From Actinomycetota bacterium (GTDB taxonomy: Bacteria > Actinomycetota > UBA4738 > HRBIN12), in assembly GCA_036395715.1 (NCBI GenBank), contig DASWDB010000020.1, positions 1 to 42,117 of the forward strand: a DNA stretch of 42,117 bases, written 5' to 3'. Positions 32,077-41,514 of this stretch are shown here, piece by piece. The notes under the pieces are model-generated. The model had not been told where the DNA came from and did not search any database. It was given only the letters and a program-made list of their open reading frames with translations. Numbering within the stretch: the stretch's first letter is position 1; every line of letters begins with the position of its first letter. Position numbers and translations under genes: made by a program.

Positions 32077-34440
32077 ATGGAACACGACGTCGATCTGGGG
32101 ACGGGCTACGCGTTCAAGCGCCTGCTGCTGGGTCGGCCCCTCGCCACGTCTCGGTTGGAGCACGAGCGTTTGGGTCGACCGACCGCGCTCGCGGTCTTCT
32201 CATCCGACAACATGTCGTCGGTCGCCTACGCGACCGAGGAGATCCTGCGGGTCCTGATCCCGGCGATCGGCATCCTGGCGTTCTCCTACGTGCTCCCCAT
32301 CTCGTTCGTGATCGTCCTGATCGAGGCGATCCTGATCTTCTCGTACCGGCAAACGATCAAGGCGTACCCGACCGCCGGCGGCGCCTACATCGTGACGAAG
32401 GACAACCTCGGGCTGCTGCCGGCGCAACTGGCCGGCGTAGCGCTCCTCGTGGACTACGTCCTGACGGTGAGCGTGTCCACGGCGGCAGGCGTTCAGGCGA
32501 TCAGCTCGGTGGTGCCGCTCGCGGTGCCGATCAGGATCGTGCTGTCCCTCGTGTTCGTGTGGATGATCGCCTACGGCAACCTGCTCGGCGTGCGGGAGTC
32601 GGGCAAGATCTTTGCCGCGCCCACCTATCTCTTCATCGTGAGCCTCGGTCTCACGTGCGTGATGGGGATCTACGAGGTCCTGTCCGGCCACCTCCAGTCG
32701 TTCCCGATCCAACACCAGGTCGCGGGCGGAAGCCTCAGCCCGTTCGCCGGCGCCGTCACGGTCTTCATCCTGTTGCGCGCGTTCGCGTCCGGTGGCGCGG
32801 CCGTGACCGGGGTCGAGGCGATCTCGAATGGCGTGCCGGCGTTCCGCAAGCCCGAGTGGCGCAACGCCCAGATCACGCTGGTATGGATGGGCCTGGTCCT
32901 TGGGTCGTCCTTCCTCGCTGTGTCGTACCTCGCCGCGAAACTCCAGGTGGTCCCGGTCGCGAACGAGAGCAAGTCGGTCCTGGCGATCATCGCGCAGGCC
33001 GTCTACGGCACCGGCGCCGTCGGACGGTTGCTCTTCCTCATCCTGCAGATCGGCACGACCCTCATCCTGATCCTCGCGGCCAACACGTCGTTCGCCGACT
33101 TCCCGCGGCTGGCCAGCTTCCACGCGGGTGACGCCTTCATGCCCCGCCAGCTCACGAAGCGCGGACACCGGCTGGTCTTCTCGAACGGGATCGTAGCGCT
33201 GGCCGCCGCCGCCAGCCTGGTCCTCATCGCGTTCAGGGCGAGCGTCACGGCGATGATCCCGCTGTATGCCCTCGGCGTGTTCACGTCGTTCACGCTCTCG
33301 CAGAGCGGCATGGCCAAGCGCCATCTCCGCCTGCGCGAGAAGGGCTGGAAGTTCGGGCTGTTCGTGAACGGTCTGGGAGCGATCGCGACCTTCGTCGTGG
33401 CGGTCGTGATCGCGATCGTCAAGTTCGCGGGTGGCGCGTGGATCGTGATGGTGACGGTGCCGATCCTCGTCGCGATCCTGGTCCGGGTGAACAAGACCTA
33501 CGAGGCCGAGGACGAGCAGCTCGTGATCGGCCCCGAGGACCGGGCGAACGGCGCCACCACGCGGGCCGAGCACAACGCGGTCGTGCTGGTGGACGAGCTC
33601 GACGCCGATACGTTGCACGCCGCGCAGTACGCACTCACGATCCGCCCGACCCATGTCACGGCGCTGCACCTCGGCGGTCGCGACCCGGAGCTCGAGGCGG
33701 CGTGGCGCGACGCCGGGCTCCGCATCCCGCTCGTCGCGATCCCCGGCGACGAACGACCCGGGCGGGCGATCGCACGCCACCTCCGTGACCTCGGCGTCAC
33801 GCAGCACCAGGTGACGGTGATCCTCCCGGCCCCCGCCAACGAGGCCTTCCTCGCGCGGGTCCGACGCATGCGGGCCTGGGCCGGGCTCGCCGAGTCACTC
33901 CGCGAGCTGCCGAACGTGGGCGTCGTCATCGTCCGGGCGCACGGCGACACCGCCGATCCGGCCCATCCACACCGCGTGCAGCTCTCCCCGCGCCGACGTC
34001 ATGTCGCGCTGATCCTGGTCGAGGACCTGGACCGGGCGGTCCTCAAAGCCTCGCGGTACGCACGCGGGATCGAGGCGATGGAGGTACGGGCCGTCCACGC
34101 GGCGAGCGATCCCGACCGCGCAAAGATGTTGATCGACCAGTGGATCGCGTTCGGGTACCTGGCCAGGATCCCCCTGGACGTCGAGGAATGCAACGATCGC
34201 AACATCGAGCGGAGCCTGCGACGCTACGTGTCGCGGTTCCAGGACGAAGCGACCGAGGTCACGCTGATCCTCCCGCGCCGGCATTTCCCGAAGCGCCGCC
34301 ACCTCCTGCTGCACGATCGAACGAGCCGAAGGATCGCCGGTACGTTCGCGGAAGAGCCTCACGTCGACGTCGTCGTCGTGCCGTACCGCCTCGGCGCGGA
34401 TCGGACGTCGGCGCCCGAAGCCGAACTCGCTACGCGGTGA
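32077..34440 (+). CDS. APC-superfamily permease B with ~315-aa cytoplasmic C-terminal extension (paralog of permease A)
   Basis: Start chosen at ATG 32077 (MEHDVDLGTGYAFKRLLLGRP...) by alignment with the N-terminus of paralog A. It has the same conserved motif set as permease A and the same two-repeat C-terminal tail. Confidence 0.8.
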   Translation: MEHDVDLGTGYAFKRLLLGRPLATSRLEHERLGRPTALAVFSSDNMSSVAYATEEILRVLIPAIGILAFSYVLPISFVIVLIEAILIFSYRQTIKAYPTAGGAYIVTKDNLGLLPAQLAGVALLVDYVLTVSVSTAAGVQAISSVVPLAVPIRIVLSLVFVWMIAYGNLLGVRESGKIFAAPTYLFIVSLGLTCVMGIYEVLSGHLQSFPIQHQVAGGSLSPFAGAVTVFILLRAFASGGAAVTGVEAISNGVPAFRKPEWRNAQITLVWMGLVLGSSFLAVSYLAAKLQVVPVANESKSVLAIIAQAVYGTGAVGRLLFLILQIGTTLILILAANTSFADFPRLASFHAGDAFMPRQLTKRGHRLVFSNGIVALAAAASLVLIAFRASVTAMIPLYALGVFTSFTLSQSGMAKRHLRLREKGWKFGLFVNGLGAIATFVVAVVIAIVKFAGGAWIVMVTVPILVAILVRVNKTYEAEDEQLVIGPEDRANGATTRAEHNAVVLVDELDADTLHAAQYALTIRPTHVTALHLGGRDPELEAAWRDAGLRIPLVAIPGDERPGRAIARHLRDLGVTQHQVTVILPAPANEAFLARVRRMRAWAGLAESLRELPNVGVVIVRAHGDTADPAHPHRVQLSPRRRHVALILVEDLDRAVLKASRYARGIEAMEVRAVHAASDPDRAKMLIDQWIAFGYLARIPLDVEECNDRNIERSLRRYVSRFQDEATEVTLILPRRHFPKRRHLLLHDRTSRRIAGTFAEEPHVDVVVVPYRLGADRTSAPEAELATR

Positions 34441-34789
34441 ACTCGAGCCGCGGGTTGATCATCTGGATCCCGCCGCGCTGCGCCCCAAGCACCCCTTCGA
34501 CGACCACCTTCGCCCCCAGGCCGAGCCCGCCGATCGCACGGCGTCCCATGAACCGAACGACGACCTCGCCCGTGCCGTCGGAGACCACCGCCTCGAGCGA
34601 CTCGTTGTCCTTCATCGGGAACACGGTGAGCCGTCGGATCACGCCCGCGATCTTGACCCGTTGCCGCAAGGGCGCCTCGGCGATGCGCACCGAGCCGGGC
34701 ACCTTGTCCGCCCAGTCGCGGATCTCGGACTCGAGGCGCGTTTCGTCGCTCTCGGTGAGACGCCGAAGGAAGCGACGGAACCCTCCCAT
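34430..34789 (-). CDS. Small OB-fold nucleic-acid-binding-domain-like protein
   Basis: Start chosen at ATG 34789 (MGGFRRFLRRL...), 119 aa. The core VKIAGVIRRLTVFPMKDNESLEAVVSDGTGEVVVRFMGRR...VVVEGVL resembles the actinobacterial OB-fold proteins found near trkA. The upstream part of the track ORF overlaps hppA, on the same strand but in another frame. Confidence 0.6.
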   Translation of the reverse strand: MGGFRRFLRRLTESDETRLESEIRDWADKVPGSVRIAEAPLRQRVKIAGVIRRLTVFPMKDNESLEAVVSDGTGEVVVRFMGRRAIGGLGLGAKVVVEGVLGAQRGGIQMINPRLEFTA

Positions 34790-34830
34790 GCCGCGGGTGA
34801 GCCTATCCGGAAACGATCGCGTCCCCGGCC

Positions 34831-37083
34831 TCAGACCGCCGCGCGGGCCTTGCGCAGATCCTCTTCGAGCTCGGACTTCCGGTTCTTCGAGACCCAGATC
34901 ATGGCCGCCACGATCACCGCGCCGACGAGCGCCACCGCGATCCGGATCGCCGTGTCGTCCGCGTACTCGACGACGAGTGGTGCGATCAACAGCGCCACGA
35001 GGTTCATCACCTTGATCAAGGGGTTCAGCGCCGGGCCGGCGGTGTCCTTGAACGGATCGCCGACCGTGTCGCCGATCACGGCGGCCTTGTGACTCTCCGA
35101 GCCCTTGCCGCCGTAGTTCCCCTCCTCGATGAACTTCTTGGCGTTGTCCCAGGCGCCGCCCGAGTTGGAGAGCATCACGGCGAGCAGCTGTCCGGTGAGG
35201 ATCGCCCCCGCCAGGAACGCGCCGAGCGCCTCCGCCCCGAGGAAGAACGCAGCGATCACGGGCGCCAGGACGGCCAACAACCCCGGTGTCGTGAGCTCCC
35301 GGAGCGACGTCTTCGTACAGATGTCGACGACGGCGGCGTAGTCGGGCTTCTCCTCGTAGGTCATGATCCCCGGGTGGTCTCGGAACTGGTTCCGGACCTC
35401 GACGACGACTTGCATCGCAGCCCGTCCCACCGCCCGGATCGCGAGCGAGGAGAACAGGAAGGCGACGCACCCACCCAACAACAGGCCGACGAGCACATCG
35501 GGCTGATCGACCCGGATGCCGAGGAACGTGTATCCGGCGTTCTCCAAGGCCGCCTCGAACGAACCGAACAACGACGTCGCCGCGATCACCGCGGTCGCGA
35601 TGGCCATGCCCTTCGTGATGGCCTTCGTCGAGTTGCCGATCGAGTCCAGCCCCCCGAGGATCTCCGCCGGCCGTCCTTCGAACTCACCGGACATCTCGGC
35701 GATGCCCTGGGCGTTATCCGAGATGGGGCCGAACGTGTCCATCGACACGATGACGCCGACGGTGGTCAGCATGCCCATCCCCGTCAGCGAGATGAAGTAG
35801 AGCCGCTCGAAGGCCGTGTGACCGAGGTAGAAGGCCGAGGTCATGGCCGCTCCGATGAGCAAGGCCGACCACACGGTGGACTCGAGCCCCACCGAGAACC
35901 CGGACAGGATCGTGGTCGCGGCACCCGTGACGGTCGACTCAGCGATCTCCTGCACGGGCTTGTACTTCGCGTCGGTGAAGTACTGCGTGAGGACCTGGAT
36001 CAGCGACGCGAGGATCAGACCGATCAGCACCGCCGCGAACGGTCGCCAGTCCTTCGTCACCAACTCGGAGGCGACGAAGACGATCCCCGCCGAGAGGGCG
36101 GCCGAGACGAAGAACCCGCGGTTGATCGCCTTCATCCCATGCTCCTCCTCGGAGCGCGGCGAGACCGACAGGATGCCGACGATGGAGGTCAGAACGCCGA
36201 TCGCTCGCACCCAGAGCGGGAACATCACGCCCGCGATCGCACCGACCTCGCTCCCGCTGAACGCCGCGGCGCCCAGGATCAGCGAGGCGACGAGCGTGAC
36301 CTCGTAGGACTCGAACAGGTCCGCGGCCATCCCGGCGCAGTCACCGACGTTGTCGCCGACGTTGTCGGCGATCGTGGCAGCGTTGCGCGGGTCGTCCTCG
36401 GGGATGCCCTGCTCGATCTTCCCGACCAGATCGGCGCCTACGTCGGCGGCCTTCGTGAAGATCCCGCCGCCGACGCGCATGAACATCGCGAGCAGCGCCC
36501 CGCCGAACCCGAAGCCGACCAGCACGCTCGTGGCGTCGCCCTTGTAGATGATCAGGATCAACGTGGCGCCGAACAGCCCCATCCCGACCGTGAACATCCC
36601 GGCGACGCCGCCGGCCCGGAACGCGATCCGGACCGCTCGGCGGAGCCCCGACTCCCGTGCCGCGTTCGCGGTCCGCACGTTGGCGCGGACGGCGAGCCAC
36701 ATCCCCACGTAGCCGGTGACCATCGACGCGAGGGCGCCGAGCAGGAACGCGATCGAACGCCCGAACCGGATGCTGAGTGCGCTGTGCTCGGCGTTCTTCG
36801 GCACGGGAAGGACGAAGAAGAGCACGATCGCGAGGACGCCGAGGAACACCGCGAGCGTCCGGTACTGCCGGTTGAGGTAGGCCTTCGCCCCCTCCTGGAT
36901 CGCGCGGGCGATCTCCTTCATCTTCTCGGTGCCCTCGGGCGCGGCGAGCACCTCGCGGACCAGGTACCAGGCGAACAGCAACGCGACGAGAGAGACGCCG
37001 AAGATGAGCCACAGGGCCAGGTTCTCGCCCGACCCGAACCGCGCCTGGATCGGGCCGCTCTCCTGGGCAAGCGAGCCGACCAT
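34831..37083 (-). CDS. hppA: Membrane-bound H+-translocating pyrophosphatase (K+-independent signature)
   Basis: 750 aa. GGIFTKAADVGADLVGK, DNVGDNVGDCAGMAADLFESY, GNSTKAITKG, IGDTVGDPFKDTAGPALNPLIKV. GGAGG lies 4 nt upstream of the ATG. Confidence 0.95.
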   Translation of the reverse strand: MVGSLAQESGPIQARFGSGENLALWLIFGVSLVALLFAWYLVREVLAAPEGTEKMKEIARAIQEGAKAYLNRQYRTLAVFLGVLAIVLFFVLPVPKNAEHSALSIRFGRSIAFLLGALASMVTGYVGMWLAVRANVRTANAARESGLRRAVRIAFRAGGVAGMFTVGMGLFGATLILIIYKGDATSVLVGFGFGGALLAMFMRVGGGIFTKAADVGADLVGKIEQGIPEDDPRNAATIADNVGDNVGDCAGMAADLFESYEVTLVASLILGAAAFSGSEVGAIAGVMFPLWVRAIGVLTSIVGILSVSPRSEEEHGMKAINRGFFVSAALSAGIVFVASELVTKDWRPFAAVLIGLILASLIQVLTQYFTDAKYKPVQEIAESTVTGAATTILSGFSVGLESTVWSALLIGAAMTSAFYLGHTAFERLYFISLTGMGMLTTVGVIVSMDTFGPISDNAQGIAEMSGEFEGRPAEILGGLDSIGNSTKAITKGMAIATAVIAATSLFGSFEAALENAGYTFLGIRVDQPDVLVGLLLGGCVAFLFSSLAIRAVGRAAMQVVVEVRNQFRDHPGIMTYEEKPDYAAVVDICTKTSLRELTTPGLLAVLAPVIAAFFLGAEALGAFLAGAILTGQLLAVMLSNSGGAWDNAKKFIEEGNYGGKGSESHKAAVIGDTVGDPFKDTAGPALNPLIKVMNLVALLIAPLVVEYADDTAIRIAVALVGAVIVAAMIWVSKNRKSELEEDLRKARAAV

Positions 37084-37188
37084 CGAACCTCCTACGTTGG
37101 GAACCGACCCTCACCCGCGCCGGCGCATCCGTGCCTGGCGCTGGAACCCGCAGAGGATACCCGAGCCTCCGTCGCGCTGACCTGCGAC

Positions 37189-38580
37189 TTAGGCGGGTCC
37201 GGCGGACGGGGATCCCTCGACGCCACCGAGCACGATCTCCAACGCCTCGTACGCGGCCAGCACGTCGCGGCGATCCGCGGGCTCGGGCACGGATTCCTCC
37301 GATGCGCGGAGGATCATCTCGGCCTCGTGGCCGATGATCCCGGTCTCCCGACCATCGCCCAGCGCGACGGCCACCTTCGAGAGGTTCTCCAGCTGCCGGA
37401 TCAAGACGGCGGGCATCCCGCGGGCCGACTGCCTGATCTTGTCCGACGCCCGCCCGACCAGTCCGTCGAACGTGATCGTGCGATCCAGCACGCGCACGAC
37501 GCCGTCGACATCTCGATACCGCCCGCCGGGCAGGGGTCCGCGGCCGGCCCGACACAGACAGTCTCCGAGCCAATCGATGCAGTTGAGCGCGGTGAACGGA
37601 TCGTTGACGGCCGGTGAGATCGCCCGGATGGCCACCTCGACGAGCTGGTCGACGGCGAAGCCGAGATCCTGCGTCAACGTCCGGCTCGACCCCACGATGT
37701 GGGCACGATCCAACGTGTCCGCGACCACCTCGGCGGCCCCGACGGGCCAGACCCTGGCGAGCGGTTGACCCTCGACCACGAAATGCCCGGGACGGTGGAG
37801 CAGCTGGATCGTCGCACCCGACGACGCCGCGATCCGGACGAGTTGCTCGTGCCCGACGCTCTGGAGGAACCCCGGGGTTCGCGCCCGGACGAGCCCGCTC
37901 GCTTCGTCCAACAGGGCGGACAGCTCCCGTCCCTCCGCGTCCGGATCGGGATGCTCTGGTCCCATCCGCGCCGCCTCGTCCTGCAGCGTGTCGAGCGTCG
38001 ACCGGAAATCGCGAGCGATGCCGGCGATGACCGACGTGACCTGGATCGAGGTCGCGACGTGATGGATGAAGTAGATGAGGACCCCGAGATCGCCGAGCGT
38101 GAGGACGAGCGCGACGGTGACCGACAGATGCGGGACGAACGCAGCGGATCCGTGGGCGACCGATCCGAGGGTCAGGACCGAGTACACGAACGTCCCCACG
38201 AACGCGCCGAGGCTCACCTGCGTCCCCACATCGCGGATGAAGTTCCGCAGCATGCGCGGCCCGAACTGCTGTGACGCGAGCTGCAGCGCCAAGATCGTGA
38301 TGGAGAACATCACCCCGGCGACGGTGATCACGGCGGCCGCGATCCCGATCAGGACCTGGCGCGAGGCGTCCGCCTCGCCGGCGATCGCCCATCCCGGCAG
38401 CGACAGGCGTCCGTTCGCGATCGCTCGGTCGAGACCGTAGGTGACCGCGAACAGCACGACCGCGGTCGCGACCATGGCCGCCGGGACCACCCAGAGGGTC
38501 GTTCGCAGCGCTTCGCGCCGCCACGGAGAGAGCCCGGTCCGTCGCCCGCTCGAGGCCCGAGATCTCGCGCTGTCCGTCAT
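37189..38580 (-). CDS. DUF2254-like membrane protein
   Basis: Start chosen at ATG 38580 (MTDSARSRASS...), in frame with track ORF 37189..39141. Four N-terminal TM helices with QFGPRMLRNF, and a soluble C-terminal half with ISPAVNDPFTA. This is a family call from memory of the motifs. Confidence 0.65.
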   Translation of the reverse strand: MTDSARSRASSGRRTGLSPWRREALRTTLWVVPAAMVATAVVLFAVTYGLDRAIANGRLSLPGWAIAGEADASRQVLIGIAAAVITVAGVMFSITILALQLASQQFGPRMLRNFIRDVGTQVSLGAFVGTFVYSVLTLGSVAHGSAAFVPHLSVTVALVLTLGDLGVLIYFIHHVATSIQVTSVIAGIARDFRSTLDTLQDEAARMGPEHPDPDAEGRELSALLDEASGLVRARTPGFLQSVGHEQLVRIAASSGATIQLLHRPGHFVVEGQPLARVWPVGAAEVVADTLDRAHIVGSSRTLTQDLGFAVDQLVEVAIRAISPAVNDPFTALNCIDWLGDCLCRAGRGPLPGGRYRDVDGVVRVLDRTITFDGLVGRASDKIRQSARGMPAVLIRQLENLSKVAVALGDGRETGIIGHEAEMILRASEESVPEPADRRDVLAAYEALEIVLGGVEGSPSAGPA

Positions 38581-38752
38581 CGCGGCGTCACCTATCCAGT
38601 CAGTACCGATGCCGACCAGTCTTCCCGGCTCGCCTGCGTGACCCGTGCATCGTACCCCGCAACGGATGCCGGGAGCATCCCGAGCGGGCATCACGAACTC
38701 GCAACGCGGAGATGCCAAGAACGCGGCAGACGCCTGGTAGCCTCGTCGCGTT

Positions 38753-39487
38753 TTGGCAACCGAAGACAAAACCCCGCTCCGCGAGGGCGTGCCTTCCAAC
38801 TCCGGACGACCCACCAAGACCGCAGATCGGTCGAAGGTCGCCCGGAACCGGATCATCGCCGGCGTCGTCGCTGCCGTGGTCGTGATCGTCGCCATCTTCC
38901 TGCTGACGCGCGGCGGCGGTGTCATCGGCATCGGGCACGGCGTCCCGCCAGGCAATGTCGACTTCCAGCTGAAGGGGTCGACGTTCGTCCCCACGCAGCT
39001 CCAGGGCGACAAGCAGGCGCAGCAGAACGCAGCGAAGACCACCGCGAACGACATCCGGAAGCAGTTGGACGTCCTGTTCGACACCGCGTACGTGAACCCC
39101 GACACCTGGGGAGACACGGGCGAGATCGGGGATCTCTTCACCGGCGGCGCGAAGGATCAGCTCGACGGCGACATCAAGACCCTCACCCTCGGCGAGAAGG
39201 CGGGCGACACCTACAAAGCCGTCGATCCCGGCAAGAGCACCGTCAAGGTCCGCGTGCTGACCGACGCGAAGGGCAACGCGATCCGCGCGTCGGCCACACT
39301 GACGTTCACCGGTCTGGCGACCCACAACGACGGCACCTACTCGGCCATCACGGTGACCGGGACCGCGATCTTCGTGCAGGACGGCGGCACCTGGAAGATC
39401 GAGGCGTACAGCCTCACCCGCTCGGAGAAGCCGGCGAAGGCTCCGGCCCCGTCCGGCTCCACCTCACCCACCTCGGAGGCATCGTGA
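38753..39487 (+). CDS. Hypothetical N-terminally anchored extracytoplasmic protein
   Basis: TTG start (uncertain). One TM, IIAGVVAAVVVIVAIFLL, then a ~170-aa domain ending ...AIFVQDGGTWKIEAYSL (an NTF2-like feel) and a P/S/T-rich tail. The stop overlaps the LCP start (GTGA, 39484-39487). Confidence 0.55.
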   Translation: MATEDKTPLREGVPSNSGRPTKTADRSKVARNRIIAGVVAAVVVIVAIFLLTRGGGVIGIGHGVPPGNVDFQLKGSTFVPTQLQGDKQAQQNAAKTTANDIRKQLDVLFDTAYVNPDTWGDTGEIGDLFTGGAKDQLDGDIKTLTLGEKAGDTYKAVDPGKSTVKVRVLTDAKGNAIRASATLTFTGLATHNDGTYSAITVTGTAIFVQDGGTWKIEAYSLTRSEKPAKAPAPSGSTSPTSEAS

Positions 39488-40434
39488 CCAGACGCTTCGT
39501 GGCGATCGTGCTGGTCCTCGGTGCGTGGGTCGGCGGGACCGTCGTCGGCTCGGTCGGGGGAACGCCGGCCGCCGCCTCGAACCCCGGCATCCTGATCGGG
39601 AAGGCGCACGCCGATTACAGCCCTTCGCTCACCGGCTCGAAGCCGATCGTGATCCTCGCCGTCGGCAGCGGCGCCCGACCGGGCGAGGACCTGTTGCACT
39701 CGCTCTCGGACTCGTTGCACCTGATCTTCGTGAACCCCGACCAGCACCGCGTCGCGATGGTGGGCATACCGCGGGATTCGTGGGTGGACATCCCCGGCCA
39801 TGGGACGAACAAGATCAACAGCGCCCTCGCAGCCGGGGGACCCGATCTGATGGTGCAGACGGTCGAGTCGCACTTCGGCGTCCACATCGACTATTGGGCG
39901 ATCACGACCTTCTGGGGCTTCAAGGCGATGATCGACAAGGTCGGGGGGCTGGTCGTCAACGTCCCGTTCCGCTTCTTGGACACGGCGTCCGGGGCGGACC
40001 TCCACACTGGGGTACAGCGCATCGACGGGACGCAGGCGCTCGCGATGGCGCGGGACCGCCACAGCATGCTCGGCGGCGACTTCGCCCGCCAGGAGAACGG
40101 GGGACGGCTCTTCCTCGCCGCGCTCGCCCAGTTCCAGAAGGAGTACGACAAGGACCCCGGCGCCCTGCTCACCTGGATCGGAGCGGGCCTCTCGAACATG
40201 AGCACGACCGTCCCCGTGGACCAGGTGCTGCAGCTGGCCTACACCGTGACGTCGCAGCCGGTCAAGAACGTGCAGAACGTCGTCCTGCCGGGTTCCTCGC
40301 AGACGATCGGCGGGTTGTCGGTGGTCGTCCTCAACGCCGGGGCGGTCTCGGCGATCTTCAACGACGTCACGCCCGACGGCATCATCTCCAAGCAGAACGT
40401 GCCGCCGAGTCCCACCGCGAACCAGCCACGCTAG
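39484..40434 (+). CDS. LytR-CpsA-Psr (LCP) family cell-envelope phosphotransferase
   Basis: Start chosen at GTG 39484 (VTRRFVAIVLVLG...). Signal-anchor, SDSLHLIFVNPDQHRVAMVGIPRDSWVDIPGHGTNKINSA, ALAMARDRHSMLGGDFARQENGGR. Confidence 0.8.
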   Translation: MTRRFVAIVLVLGAWVGGTVVGSVGGTPAAASNPGILIGKAHADYSPSLTGSKPIVILAVGSGARPGEDLLHSLSDSLHLIFVNPDQHRVAMVGIPRDSWVDIPGHGTNKINSALAAGGPDLMVQTVESHFGVHIDYWAITTFWGFKAMIDKVGGLVVNVPFRFLDTASGADLHTGVQRIDGTQALAMARDRHSMLGGDFARQENGGRLFLAALAQFQKEYDKDPGALLTWIGAGLSNMSTTVPVDQVLQLAYTVTSQPVKNVQNVVLPGSSQTIGGLSVVVLNAGAVSAIFNDVTPDGIISKQNVPPSPTANQPR

Positions 40435-40440
40435 CTCCGT

Positions 40441-41484
40441 TCACAGCTTCGTCACCACGTACGCGACGTACCCGACGTAGAACACGCCTTGGAGCAACAG
40501 GAGGCGCGCGGACAAGCGCCCGCGGAACCGAAGGGTCAGGTACAGGACGGAGCCCGCGAGGAGCGCGACGCAGGCCGCGACCAACGCTTCGTGGGCGAGC
40601 TCCCACGGTGTGAGTAGGAGCCCGACCGTCACCGGGAACGACGACTGGAACACCATGGCCCCGGTCATGTTGCCCATCGCCAAGGTGTCCTTCTTCCGGC
40701 GTACCCACAGAACGCTGTTGAACTTCTCGGGCAGCTCCGTCGCGAGCGGGGCGACCAGCAACGAGAACGCGAGCGGGGGCAGGCCCGCGGCCTTACCGAG
40801 GTTGCCCACCGCGTCGACGAAGAGCTCTGCTCCACCGACCATGAGGATGAGGCCGAAGGTGACCTGGACGAAGGGCGCGGCCGTCGAGCGCTCGACGGTC
40901 CACTCCGGGAGCCTCCGTACCCCCATCCGGAGCACCACCCAAAAGCGGAGCGGCCGGATGTCGTTCCCGTCCCCTTCGTTCTCGGGTTGCGGCGCCTGGA
41001 AGTGCCGCCGCACGTAATACGCGTACCCCACGACCAGCACGATCGCGAGGCAGACGTCGATCGTGCGAACGTGCAGCAGCCCGGCGATCATCGCCAGGGC
41101 GTACATCACCAGGAAGTAGCCCAGATCCTGTTGGATCACGCGCCGGTCGATGTCCAGATCGAGGCTCCGACGCCCGCCGCGACCGTAGAACAGGACCGCG
41201 ACCCCGATCACGACCATCGCGAGCGTGGTCAGCATGAACGGGGCGCCCAGGATCGCGCCGATCCCGATCGCATCGCCGGCCTCGTGTCCCGACACGATCG
41301 CGACGATCGGCAGCAGGGTCTCGGGCAGGGCCGTCCCGACCGCGGCGAGGACGGAGCCGACGGCCCCCTCCGACAGGCCGAACCCCTCGCCCACCCACTC
41401 GATGCCGTTCGTGAAGAGCTCCGCCGCAACGAGGATGATCAGGAGCGAAGCGACCAGGAAGACCCAATCCATGTGGCGGGCCAT
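40441..41484 (-). CDS. CaCA (sodium/calcium exchanger, YrbG-like) family membrane protein
   Basis: Alpha-repeat signatures GTALPETLLPIV and LATELPEKFNSV; ~10 TM. Start is ATG 41484 (MARHMDW) or ATG 41472 (MDW). Confidence 0.78.
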   Translation of the reverse strand: MARHMDWVFLVASLLIILVAAELFTNGIEWVGEGFGLSEGAVGSVLAAVGTALPETLLPIVAIVSGHEAGDAIGIGAILGAPFMLTTLAMVVIGVAVLFYGRGGRRSLDLDIDRRVIQQDLGYFLVMYALAMIAGLLHVRTIDVCLAIVLVVGYAYYVRRHFQAPQPENEGDGNDIRPLRFWVVLRMGVRRLPEWTVERSTAAPFVQVTFGLILMVGGAELFVDAVGNLGKAAGLPPLAFSLLVAPLATELPEKFNSVLWVRRKKDTLAMGNMTGAMVFQSSFPVTVGLLLTPWELAHEALVAACVALLAGSVLYLTLRFRGRLSARLLLLQGVFYVGYVAYVVTKL

Positions 41485-41514
41485 GCTCGCAGGGGTGCTA
41501 GGGTCTCGCAACCG

